Origin: the human T2T-CHM13v2.0 reference genome, Homo sapiens
Assembly: GCF_009914755.1 (NCBI RefSeq)
Contig: NC_060926.1
Length of the DNA stretch: 64,000 nt
Reading direction: 5' to 3' (one strand)
The position numbers were made by a program, and so were the translations under genes. Below are positions 35,666-48,175 of the stretch, piece by piece (positions within the stretch are counted from its first letter, which is position 1; each line of letters begins with the position of its first letter). The notes beneath the pieces are model-generated. The model ran no database searches. It was not told the origin of the DNA and worked only from the letters and a program-made list of their open reading frames with translations.

Positions 35666-37137
35666 CAAAGATTGTTTTTTTCTCCCTTTATCTTTTGGGT
35701 GTGTTCCTTTTATTTGGGGGAGGCTATATTCTTTAAAGAAAAATATTTTAGTGGTGTTTAGGAAAGGAAGGGAAATAAATGGTTACATTTCAACGTTCGT
35801 TTTCAAAATAAATTAAAATAATAAATATTTAAATTAATTAATTCATTTACTAGATAAATTAAATGTTTAATAACTACTTAAATAATTATTTATTTAAAAT
35901 AATTTTCCTCCAACATTTCTGTAATATGTTTATACTTTTTGAAAAAGTTTAAAAGAAGAGAAGGTGATCAGAAGTGTCAGGCAGAAAGTCGGGGGAAGAT
36001 GGAGGCTGAGAAAGCTTGTGTGACTAGCTAATTAGGAGGTTGGTTATTGGTGAACTTATTGCTGATTCCACTGTTATGGGGTGAAAGCCAGCTTGAAAGA
36101 GACTGAGTAGATATAAAAGAGTAAGTAGGTATAGAGCAGTCTGCCAAGAAGTCTGGTAGTAAAGGGAGAACAAGGAAGACAGCATTAACTTAGGGGTGTG
36201 CTTAGTACTTTGAAACATATTTCAAAGGAAAGGGTCTTTTTTTTTAGGCTAAGAAGTTCCTAACAGTTTTATTAGTGGACATAAAAAAGAGCCAGAATGG
36301 AGGAAAAGATTGAATATGCAAACAAGAAAGGACATGATTGTAAGAACGCGGCCTAAGAGGAGGCAGAAGAGGAAACGGGGTCACGAATGCATGCGGAGAG
36401 CTAGTTCAAAAAGCAGGAGGGCCATCTCTCCTTCAAACGTAGGAGAAATGAGATGCAGACCTAAAGATGCCTCAGTGGTGTATCAGGATATCTCTTAGCT
36501 GCATGAAGCAGGAAATTGACTATTGTGGCTTAAATAAGTAGAGGTCTAGGAGGTAGGCAGTCTAGCATTGATATAATGGCAATAAGATACTGCCAAGGAT
36601 TCAAGATGCTTCCATCTTTTCATTCTATCATGTTCCATGAAGGAATGAATGAATGAGCAAAATAATGGAAGGGAACTATCATACTTCCGTTGAGACTTTT
36701 TTCCTTTCAGTGAAAAACAATGTGAATGATCAAACTGTAGCAAGTTGGTTAAATAATCTAGCATGTTAACAATTTGAAGATCACATTGCTTTTTTAAAAT
36801 ATGTGTATGAAGTAGGGATGTGAAAAAATATAGATTATGTGATATTGAGTGAAATAGAACCTTAAAATAATATGGGCATGTTTATTGCAATTATAAAAAA
36901 TTTGTATCTTACAATATTAAGGCAAGGAGGACCATTGTATCTTGATTCTCATTTAGCTTTTGTGTTAAGGAGGGTTGGATTTTTTTCTTTTTTCATTTAT
37001 TCTGTTTATAGTTCACTATAAAGTTGTTAAAATATATAATTACAAAATTTAAAAGCCCATATGGAACTTTCTTTGAGCTCATCTAGAAGAAAGACACTCC
37101 TAAATGCAAGCATGGCCATCAAAATATCATTGCATTG

Positions 37138-37165
37138 TACACACACACACACACACACACATACA
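37138..37165. repeat. (CA)n microsatellite
   Basis: Read directly. Confidence 0.92.
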
Positions 37166-38324
37166 CGGATAGTCACTACATTCTGATAACTAACTAACTT
37201 CCAACTGTAATATTGGTGTGGTTCATGAAGGCCCCTTTGCCAAATATCTCTCTACCTCCTTCACAGGCCTGAGATTCTTTTTCTGGGGAGCAATGTTTTC
37301 TTTGTTTGAGGAGAGGCATCATGATCTTCTCACTACATGTAAATGATTATGTCTTTCTAAATGGAGAGTGTTAATATCTCTGAAGGACAAAGGGTGCAGG
37401 AAGGAGTGGCTGGGTACACTTGAAATGTAGCCCCTTCTTACTCATGCCAAAGTTGAATCTAGATTCTCAATTCAAATGATCTTCCATCCCTCACTTCTGA
37501 ATGATCTCCCTTCCTTTTATTGGTGCAAGGAATTACGGGGCTGGGCATGGTCTTCTGTTTACCCTCCTACCCTCCATCAGTGACTTTAAATCATTCCAAT
37601 GAAGTAAGTATCTCCTATTTTTAAGCACTAGAAGAGGATGTTCTTCAATATCCCTCAATCATACATTCTTTTTTCTGACAAAACTCACCCTAGAAATACT
37701 TCTTTAAGCCAAACTTCCTAAATTCCTTACTTGCAGTGTTACAGCTTGTTTGTTGTTGGATTGCCGTCAGAGATTAAGAATTCTTAATCACATCCCTTCA
37801 GAACTTTTATCTGGAAGATCTAACATGGTGAGGGATTATCTGACCCTCCTTTACTGGTGAGGCTCAGAAGTCTAACAGTGTGCTCAGACACCTAGTAACT
37901 CAGAGGCTGATGGATACTCCTTGTAGGTTTTAGTTTCCACATCTGAAAAATGAGGAGAGCAATATCTACCCCCTCCTCCTCACATGGACTTTGTAAAAAC
38001 CCTGTAAGATAATGTGACTAAAAGTACTCTGGGAAATATAAACAAATTCAAGTTATTATTTAAATACTTCTCTCTTTTCCTTTGAGTTTTGCTTTGCTGC
38101 AGTTTCATCCTCCTTTTCTACAGCACTGGCTTTGCTGTAGAAGAGGAATGGCATGGCATGCTGTCAGAAGCCACACAGCCCTCCAGCACCCTCCCTCTGC
38201 ATCTAGCTTGCAGCTCTGTTCCATCCTCAGCATTAATTTTTAGGTTTGAATGGATATCCTGGCTTACATGAACTCAGGTTACTCTCTTCCTTAACCTCCT
38301 GGTAACCTGCTAAATCCCTGCAGA

Positions 38325-38556
38325 CACATTGTTCTCAATTGGGGGCATTTCTCTCTCCTTTTCTACTGACAAGGGGATATTTGGCAGTATCTGGAGTCAT
38401 CTTTGGTCATCACTGCTGGTGGGTAGTGCTACTGGCATGTGGTGGGTAGAGTCAGGGATGCTGCCAAACATCCTAAGATGCATAGGACAGCTCGCTTCCC
38501 ACAACAAAGAATTATCTGGTCTAAAATGTCAGTAGTGCTGTGGTTGAGAAGTTCTG
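38325..38556 (+). mobile_element. MER20
   Basis: ttgttctcaa...gtgctactggcat...cagggatgctgccaaacatcct...aacaaagaattatctgg...ggttgagaa. Confidence 0.88.
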
Positions 38557-38584
38557 CTATAGATAAAATTCAATGAAATACATA

Positions 38585-38732
38585 TTCTTCTCCCTTCCCC
38601 TTCCTTCCTTCCTTCCTTCCTTCCTTCCTTCCTTCCTTCCTTCCTTCCCTCCTTCCTTCCTTCCTTCTTTCCCTCTTCCTTCTTTCTTCTTCCTTTCCTT
38701 TCTTTTCCTTTCCATTCCTTTTTACTTTCTTT
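38585..38732. repeat. (TTCC)n / polypyrimidine simple repeat at an L1M tail
   Basis: About 150 bp almost pure C/T, directly abutting an old L1 3' end. Confidence 0.9.
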
Positions 38733-39085
38733 CAACAGCTATATCAGATATAAAGGTATAATTGGTATACAATGACCTGTACATACTTAAAGTGTACAGT
38801 TTGATGATTTTTGACATCTCTACATGTAAAACCATCACCATAATCAAGAAAATGAATCTATCCATCACTCCCAAAAGATTCCTCCTGCCCTTTTGTAATT
38901 CTGCCCTCCTTGGGCCACCCATCTCAGCTTCCCAGCCCCAATCAACCACTGATTTGCTTTCTCTCACTTGAGATTAGTTTGCATAGTCTAGAATTTTATA
39001 TAATTTGAATCATACATTATGCACTTTTTTTCTGGCTTCTTTCACTCAGCATAATTATTTTAAGATTTATCTATGTCATTGCTGA
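38733..39085 (-). mobile_element. Old L1M (L1MB-like) 3' fragment
   Basis: aaagtgtacagtttgatga...aaccatcaccataatcaaga...ggcttctttcactcagcataa. Confidence 0.75.
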
Positions 39086-40301
39086 ACTACTTATTCTTGA
39101 GGAAAGATAAGCTGATGGTTAAGAACAAAGGGTTATGACTCCTGGGTTTTTGGGTCATTAATAGACACTCTTTTGATGATTTTACTTCTTGGATGGATGC
39201 CTCACTTAGCTGTTCCTTCCCCTGCCCCCACAATCAATTTTCCTTATCACAGTCTTTAATACCTGGCCAGTGAACTACCTCAGTGGTCTTCTAATAGGAG
39301 ACTTCTGTCTGTAATTTCTACTCCCCTTAACTTATAAAACTTCATTCCCTTTTTTTTCTCTCAAACAGAATATTAAAGAGCTAATCTGTGGGATACCAGT
39401 TTGGGAAATGGTGCCCTGACATAGCTATTTTGTTTTTAAAACTCTGCATTTCAGACTTAATCCATGTGCAGTATACACACACACACAGAGAAATGAATCT
39501 TGAGACATCATCTCTAATCAGCACAGCTTACCTGGTTTTTGCCTACTTTGGTGCTAAGAATCTTTCCTGGAATTATATCTAGTTAAGGTATCCATATTTA
39601 ATAATAGGAAGAATTCTTTAACCAGGGACTTTGAAGACCATAAAAAATAGTTAACGATAATTAAACCCACACATTATTATGAGAAGTATGTAGATTTTAC
39701 TACATTGTTAGCCTAGACATACTTCTATACAGCAATGACATATGGTTTTGAAGTGGAATTCTTGAATAAATCTCAAGTTGCTCCTTTCAAGATAACTGAG
39801 AAAATCTTGATTCCTAAGAAAACAGTCCTCTTTATCATCTGTTCCACAGTTTTCTTTCCCATTTATCTTCGTTATATAGGATATGGCTCATTCTTTTCTC
39901 TTCCCACACAGTCTTCTGTGGGGTTGGTCATTTCTTTATATTAATGCTTATATCACTTTTCTTCAGTCAGTTATTGGTATTTGTATCTGCAAATGCTCCA
40001 AGTTCATTTTAAGCATCAAATATAATTAATATTGCTGAGGATGTTTTGCTCTTCTCCTGGCAACTTGTTACCTGGAATGCTCTCTTCTGTTTGTGATAGG
40101 CATTGGTTGTCTTGCCTACCCAGTATCCTCTTCATTTGGTAATAGTACTGTGTTCTTTTTTGGTGTGGGAGGACGCTATGTCCCCTCTTTAATGTGTTTA
40201 GTTAACGTAGCAAGATTTCTGAGAGGGGGCGAATGGTGAACCTAGGGAGGCCTAACCTTAGGTCCCTGTGTTCTCAATGGTATATATATCTTTTTTATCA
40301 G

Positions 40302-40337
40302 CAGGGAGATACCAGGGTTCGTCATGGGCAGCAATGA
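40302..40337 (+). CDS. STON1-GTF2A1L: Probable alternative terminal exon of the STON1-GTF2A1L read-through (QGDTRVRHGQQ*); 3'UTR to about 40540
   Basis: Acceptor tcttttttatcag|CAG, short phase-0 frame, tandem AATAAA about 170 nt later. Recalled annotation places the read-through 3' end about 21 kb beyond LHCGR exon 1 on the opposite strand. Identity and frame cannot be proven from this window. Confidence 0.55.
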   Translation, partial: QGDTRVRHGQQ

Positions 40338-40507
40338 CTATGATGGACAAGAAGATAGAGGCCCTAATCCTAATTTTCTGAGCACCATGGAAGCCCCCTG
40401 GATTCTAGGGAGACCTTGAGGAGAAAGAAGACTCCTGTAAATGCCTGACATTGAAATTCCTGCAAGTCTAGGAGCATGTGAACTCAAAATGGAAATTAAT
40501 TTGATTT

Positions 40508-40519
40508 AATAAAAATAAA
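40508..40519 (+). terminator. Tandem polyadenylation signal AATAAAAATAAA
   Basis: Two abutting AATAAA hexamers followed by a GT/T-rich stretch (ttgttttgg, gtttgt). Confidence 0.6.
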
Positions 40520-40801
40520 GAAGAAGAATTGTTTTGGCATATCCCAGTTTGTAGACTGAGATTCATAATGGTTGTAGGCACTTAAAAATTATCATCCGTA
40601 GATTAATGAGTTTATTGAGTGCCATCTCTACTCCGAACATTATTAGCAAGACTTTTTGTGGGTAAAGCAAAGACATATGGCCCTGCCTCAGTCTTCTGAG
40701 AACACGTAGCCTGCTTGGAGACAGAATATTCAAATAGGTAGGAGGAGGTTAATTTCTTACAAGGGGTAATCCATCAGGGTCTGATAGCAACTTAAGAGCT
40801 A

Positions 40802-41020
<219 letters not shown>

Positions 41021-41110
41021 CTAATTGGTAAATGAATGGCCTGGTCAATGAGCAGTGAGTTCAGCTGCTATCATATTAAAGGGAATTGAGAGAAAAAAGA
41101 AAAACAGTAA

Positions 41111-41460
<350 letters not shown>

Positions 41461-44099
41461 GCTGATTGTTTTAAGGAAAGGAGCAGTTTATTTCTGCAGC
41501 TCACCACTTCCCAGGGAGCCCATGCTTTGTGAGCCTGTGGTCTCAAGAGTTCCCCATCCAGAGTGGGGAGTCAGGCCACTGGAACAGCCTGCAGAAATCA
41601 AGCAGGTGGGTAACGTGCTCAAAGATGTTTTGTGCTTGCCTTTTCCTCGTCTTCCCAAATATGCAGCACTTGTCCAGGTCAATGTCAGAGGAGCTTATGT
41701 TCCTGTTAAGCAATAAGACCCAGTAGGCAGAGAATTGCTGTGGAATTAGGGGAATTCAGAGTGACTTTGTATGTCAGGGACATGAGCCTCTGCTTCCATG
41801 CCAGTTTCCAGCACAAGGTTGTTTGAAAGCCTTGCTTAAAAAAAAATCTCGAGGTATGCCCAACTTGGAGCTCTCGGATCTGATGTGGGCAAACTGAAGA
41901 GATCAGATCAAGTCCCTTAGTTCCTTAGAGATCTAGGCTGTGAAACTGGGTGACTAGGGAAGGGATTTGAGTCATGATAGTGTGGAGTTAGTCTTAGGGC
42001 GTTCTTGGACAAGACATGAGGTCTTTTTGGAGCTTGGTTTTACTGTCTTAGTTTTATGGTAAAATGGCTACAAGAATATGGGCAGAGCTTTAATCAAAAC
42101 CAAACACAAACATCTAAATATCCTACATTAATACATTAAGGAGTGGTCATTTGCTTTACAATGATAGGATTGCCCCCTTTATAAAAATTCACAGTAATAT
42201 CCATTTATAGGGCAGTTGAACTTTCATTTGAAAATGGAATTTGGTTTGCAGAATGTGATTGTGTTTTCAGCTTTTAAGGAAAATATCAGTTGTAAAAAGG
42301 GAGTTCTGCATGTCTTCTTGCTCTGTTCCCCTTTCATCCCTCCATGCACTCCTCCTTCTCATGAAAACTGTGAAGATAATGTCTACATGGTACTTAACAG
42401 ATGTTTAAGATCTGAGCTAAAAATCCAAATTGGTGATAAGCTCATCATCAAAGATGTACTGGGGCTCATTCTCCAGTGGCTTCTGGATTGGGAGGGGAGA
42501 GACCGGGGATCTGGTCCAAACTTTGCCTCAAAATAGCTGGGTCCCTTTGGGTAAATCTTAGAATTGTAGAACCTTTGATTGGAATAAAATTAGGGATCAT
42601 CTTATCCAACCTTCTTTTGATGAAAGTATTTCATCTACAGCATCCCCAGCTGAAGAGTATCTAGTCTCTTCACTTTCTGGGCCTAAGTGTGTTCATCCAA
42701 TGAGAGGAACAGGTCTCCATTTGAATCAGGTCTGAAAATGAGGCTAGGAGAGTCAAGAAACTGGAGGCCAGGACTCTGAAGACTAAATGTAATGATATCA
42801 GAGTTTGTCAAGGGGCCAAGCCCTAGGTATAGGGTCTGAGGAAGACTCTCTGGGGAATAAAACACTACACGTACCTTCCCTCTTCACAGGTCCATCCTCC
42901 TCTGGTCAATAGATGGGGAAGAGTTCTGAGACTTTTAGACACTTAACAGTTTGACCTGAAGCTGCTTACAGATCTACCTCAGCATTTCTAAAGAAAGACA
43001 AAGTCAGGATGTCAAGTGAGCTCTCTTCATATTTGAGCTAAACATTATTCCAAGGTTGTGCAGCCTCAGCTGGCCTCTTGCCCTTTGCTTCACATCCTAC
43101 CTCCTCCTTCCACCCTCCCACCCCCACTTCCAGCTTTTTTACAGCATGCAAACTGCAAACCTCAAGGGCATGCAGTTGAGTCTGGCTGAAATCTGCTGAG
43201 TATTTGCAGGGTTTATCTGAGGAAGAACCTTTGGGTCATTGTCATGGCAATTTTGATAATCCTGACGACATACAGATGTGACTGTTCAGGGCAATCTGAG
43301 AATGCCTCCCACTTTCTAGCCTCAGCATTGCCTGGGGCAAATGGAGCTTGCTTACTTGCTTACTCTTTTTTTTTTTTTGTATTCTTGTGCAAATAAAATA
43401 AAAAAAGAGTTCACAAAATTTCAGTTATAAAAATCCTGTGCCAAAAAAGTTTTATCAAAAACTTCATCTGGAGTTAGAAAAAGATTCTAAGAGGGTTGGA
43501 TGAGTCACCAACAGGACTGGACCAATAGTCCATTTCTGCATATTGCTTATTTGTTCTCCGTTAACATGTCTACTCACCCTTTCCAATACCACCAACCCTC
43601 CCTACTCCATTCGGATCCAGAAAATGAACTCAAGGCTAGGGATCTTTTTCAGTCATCTCTTGATGCCTCCAGTACCCAGCACCGTGCCTAGGAATTCAGT
43701 AATGTTTGATGGATAAATGATGAGGTGGGCATAAGATAGCAGAGAGATTTGCAAGGTGACTCCTGATAAACAGAGATTGAATGAAGGTAGGGATTGGTGG
43801 TGTGAAGAGACAGGGGCTTCTAGGCTTTGAGTGTTAGCCAAAGCTCTTGAGCATGGAATTGATGCCATAAAGATCAATTCCAATAAAAATATACCTGATG
43901 TCAAAATGTGTGGAGAACTAGACTTGGAGAGAGCTTAGAGGCAGGGAGACCAGCAAAGAGTATCAACCTGTTTTCTTGAAAAAGTACAGAATGGAGAAGA
44001 AAGTGCTAGGGGAGCCTAAAAGAGACGTGTTATTGCAGGTCCATTTATCTGCCCAGGAGCACAGCCAGGAAAGATTCAAATGCCTAAAGAGTTGGGCAC

Positions 44100-44600
44100 C
44101 AACTTGTACATGAATGTTCACGGGAGCATTATTTATAATAGCTAAAAGTAGAAACAACCCAAATGTCTATCAGATGACAAATGGATGAACAGTATGTAGT
44201 ATATTCATGTAATGGAACATCATTTTTCAATAAAAAGGAATGAAGTACTGATACATGCTCCAGAATAGATGAACCTTTAAAACATTATGCTAAACGAGAG
44301 AAGCTAGTTGCAAAAGGACATATGTTGAATTTTTATATTTTTGTGAAATGTTCAGAATAGGCAAATCCATAGAGACAAAAAGTAGGTTAGTAGTTGTCAG
44401 GGGCTGGGGGAGGGAGAAATGGGTAGTGATTGCCTATGTGTGTGGGGTTTCTTTTTAGGGTGATGAAAATGTTCTAAAATTACATATTGGTAATGGTCGT
44501 AGAACTCTGTGAATATACTAAAACCCACCAAATTATACATTTTAAAAGGGTGAATTGTATGATGTGTGAATTAGGTCTCAATAAAGCTGTTATTAAAAAA
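44100..44600 (+). mobile_element. L1MB-like 3' end
   Basis: gaaacaacccaaatgtc...gaagtactgatacatgct...ggtgatgaaaatgttctaaa...ctcaataaagctgtt. Confidence 0.85.
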
Positions 44601-44603
44601 GAG

Positions 44604-45003
44604 TAGGGCTGGGCTGGGGCCATGACCACCGTCTTCACGGACATCAAGGAGTCCAGCACCATGCTGTTGAAGATATCCTGAAATGGCTGCCTGATTAGCA
44701 ACGGCTGTACAAGGGTGACCAGCTCCTGGTGATGGCAAGACGATGCATGAGTTTGGCTTCCCCAGCCACAGGCCACAGCTGCAGTGGGGCTGGATTTCTG
44801 GGTCGGGTCAGAGACACCTATGAGGCCCTGCACATCGAGCCCTTCTTCAGCCCACCCATGCTGCCTGATGTGATGAATCCCCAGGACTCAGGAAGCAGCA
44901 CCAATAAATAAGCCTTCCAGTGAGGAAGGCTTATTTGACCTACCCCAGAGAGGCCTCAATAAAAGATAATTGGGTATCTAAAAAAATAAGTAAATAAATA
45001 AAA
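44604..45003 (+). pseudogene. Elongin B (ELOB/TCEB2) processed pseudogene
   Basis: Intronless pieces TTVFTDIKESST, VEDILKWLPD*QRLYKGDQLL, DGKTMHEFGF and DTYEALHIEPFFSPPMLPDVMNPQDSGSSTNK*AFQ* match ELOB with stops and frameshifts. AATAAA at 44958 and an A tail from 44980; inserted at the L1MB tail. Confidence 0.92.
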
Positions 45004-45125
45004 GAGCCATCCATCTGACCTAAGAGTTTAAGTTTCTTGGGCTTTGGAGAAGAGTCAGCAGGGATCACAAAGAATAAGAATGAGCCATCAGACCCTTGAA
45101 GCAGGTTGTTCATGTTAGTAAGCAG

Positions 45126-45151
45126 TGTGTGTGTGTGTGTGTGTGTGTGTG
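45126..45151. repeat. (TG)n microsatellite
   Basis: Read directly. Confidence 0.93.
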
Positions 45152-47130
45152 CAAACTAATTCACAAGTCCACAAGTGGCTGTCTCGTTTTCCTTTCCATT
45201 TATTCCAAATGTGAGCTAGTCCAAACCCAGCTTGGGCAGGGTCCACTTGATTCTGCAGAGTGCTCCACAACTTGCCCTAGCTTCTGCTAGCTGCCTGCCA
45301 GTAAAGAAACCTGAGGGATACCCTGGGCTCTTGTTCCATATGGTGCAGGAATCTTTAAGAAGCATCTGCTCCTCATTATAGCCCCTTGTTATCTAGGACT
45401 CACTCTCTGCTGGAGGACAATTTTGAGTGACAGACACTGTTTTGTCTTCAAAATGGCCTTTCTATTAGGTCCTAACCCATGGTCTTTAAGTCAAGCTGTG
45501 AGCCATGATGCCATTAAAATGAGAGGCTTCCTTGGAAGCTGCCAGTGCTGTGCTGGTAAACCAGCTCTCTGGAAAAGAGGTTAAGTAATTAGGAAATGGC
45601 AGAGCCAGACAGGACTGGAGCCTCTGTCTCTCAGACTCCAAAGCAGATGCTTTTAATCACTGGACTGCTCATAAGACACATTAGTTCATAAGTTCCCTTA
45701 CTGAAAGGTCTTCAGAAAGGAAATTGCTCAAGCCGTGAGACACCTTGGACTAAATTAAGCTGAGAAAGTGGATGTCATTCTAAAACTATGGCTGATCTCA
45801 AGCTACTCATGTGATGTCATTGAATATAGAGTGTGGATGAGAGGAGCATGGTTGGCTCTTGAGAAGTGGAATGAGCCTTCTCCAGCACATTACTGCTCTT
45901 GGCACAGCCTGGCGGCTCTTTTACCAGCTCTTCAGATACATTCAGATGGATTTATCCATGGGTATTCTGAACACATGAAAGGTTTCCATTTTTTTGTCTT
46001 GTTGCTTATTTGACACTTGTGCAGGCACACAGAACAGGGATACATTATTAATGAGGAAATAATGTACAGGTTTTGATGTAAACCAGTCCTACAGCAAGCT
46101 ACTGACAGAGATGGGGATTACATTCCAGATTTCTGATGGACACCATTTGTTTGTTATCCTGTAAAGTTTTGAAAGCATATGACTATGTAGAGTAGATCCA
46201 TATAAGTTTATATGGAACATAAATGAAAAGAGTGGACTTATTTTTACATCTTCTACCAGGTTCCTGTTCTTCAATGTGGTGGAGAGACCTGAATTTGGTC
46301 ATGCCATCAACTACTTTTCTTTGTGTTTTTTTTGTTCTAAATTAAAAACTCAAGGAAAAACTATCATCACAATCTAATTTTAGAACAATTTTAAGAACCT
46401 CTAGAAGAAACTGTGTACGTTAGCACTTACTCTTTCTTCTTGCTCCCTTCTCTCATTCTCCTGATCCATCCCCAGGCACTACACTACTTTCTGTTTTTAT
46501 GGATTTGCTTATTCTGTACATTTCATATACATGGAATCATACAGTATGTGTATTTTTGTGTGTGTCTGGCTTTTCTTCACATAGCATACTATTTTCAAGT
46601 TTCCTCCATGTCATAGCAAGTGGCAGTACTTTATTCTTTTGTATTGTCAGATTATATTATGTTTAATGGATATACCTTATTTTGTTTATCCATTCGTCGT
46701 TCAGTTGACATTTGGGTTGTTTTCACTTTTTGACTATTACAAGTAATGCTGCTGTGAACATTTGTATACAAATTTTTAGGTGAATGTAAGTTTTTATTTC
46801 TCTTGAGTGTATATCTAGGAGTGGAATTGCTATGGTAACTCTGTTCTTAACTGTTTGAGGAACTGTCCAACCGTTTTCCAATATGGTTGTACCATTTTAC
46901 AGTCCACCAGTCATTTATGAAGGTTCCAATTTCTCCACATCCTCAGCATCACTTCTTGTTGGCTCTCCTTTTGATTATAACCATCCTATTGGGTGTGAAG
47001 TGACATCTCATTGTGGCTTTGATTTGCCTTTCACTAATGATTAATAATATTGAACATCTTTTTATGTGCTTATTGGCCATTTATATGTCTTCTTTGGAGA
47101 AATTTCTATTCAAATCCTTTGCCCATTTTT

Positions 47131-47422
47131 TTTTCTTTGAGACAGGGTCTCACTATGCCACCCAGGCTGGAGTGCAATGGTGTAATCATGGCTCACTGCA
47201 GCCTCAACCTTTCAGGCTCAAGTGGTCTTCCCCACCTCAGCCTACCAAGTAGCTGGGAACACAGGCTTACGCCACCATGCCCAGTTGATGTTTTAAATTA
47301 TTTTTGTCGACATGGGGTTTCACTATGTTGCCCAGGCTGGCCTCCTCAAACTCCTAAGTTCAAGCCATCCACCTCAGCCTCCTAAAGTCTGGGATTATAG
47401 GTGAGAACCCCGTGCCTGGCCC
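47131..47422 (-). mobile_element. Alu (AluJ-like)
   Basis: gagacagggtctcactat...; TSD CCTTTGCCCATTTTT. Confidence 0.9.
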
Positions 47423-47437
47423 CCTTTGCCCATTTTT

Positions 47438-47741
47438 TTTATTTTTTTGAGACGGAGTCTCACTCTGTCGCCCAGGCTGCAGTGCAGTGGTGCAGTCTCG
47501 GTTCACTGCAAGCTGTGCCTCCGGGGTTCACGCCATTCTCCTGCCTCAGCCTCCCTGAGTAGCTGGGACTACAGGCGCCTGCCACCATGCCCAGCTAATT
47601 TTTTTTTTTTTTTTTGTATTTTTAGTGTAGACGGGATTTCTCCGTGTTAGCCAGGATAGTCTCGATCTCCTGACCTCGTGATCCACCCGCCTCGGCCTCC
47701 CAAAGTGCTGGGTTTACAGGCGTGAGCCACTGCGCCCGGCC
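47438..47741 (-). mobile_element. AluY-like
   Basis: ggttcacgccattctcc, ccgtgttagccaggat; TSD CTTTGCCCATTTTT. Confidence 0.92.
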
Positions 47742-48016
47742 TCGCTTTGCCCATTTTTAATTGAATTGTTTTTCTGTTTGTTGGGGAGTTGTAAGTGTTC
47801 TTTGTATATTGTAGGTACAAGTATCTTGTCAGATATAAAATCTGCAAATATTTTTTTCCCATGCTATAAGTTGTCTTTCCACTTTCTTGATTATACCATT
47901 TGGTGCACAAAAGTTTTTAATTTTGCTGAAGTCCAATTTATCTATATTTTGTTGCTTGTACTTTTGGTGTCATATCTGAGAAACCATTGCCTAACCTAAA
48001 GTTACAAAGATTGCTC

Positions 48017-48175
48017 ATTTTTTTTCTAGAGACAGGGTCTTGCTCTGTCACCCAGGCTGGAGTGCAGTGGCATGGTCATAGCTGACTGCAGCCTCCAGCT
48101 CCTAGACTTGAGTGATCCTCTGGCTGCAGCCTCCTGGGTAGCTAGGACCACAAGTGCATGCTACCGTGCCCAGCT
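48017..48175 (-). mobile_element. Alu monomer (FRAM or AluJ right arm)
   Basis: Single arm flanked by the direct repeat AAAGTTACA(A/G)AGATT at 47998 and 48179. Confidence 0.8.

Noticed and set aside
35800-35910. AT-rich quasi-palindromic stretch
   Set aside because: Low complexity; the apparent symmetry is expected at this base composition.
38529-38761. KEGR- and LPSF-repeat ORFs
   Set aside because: Translations of the (TTCC)n simple repeat.
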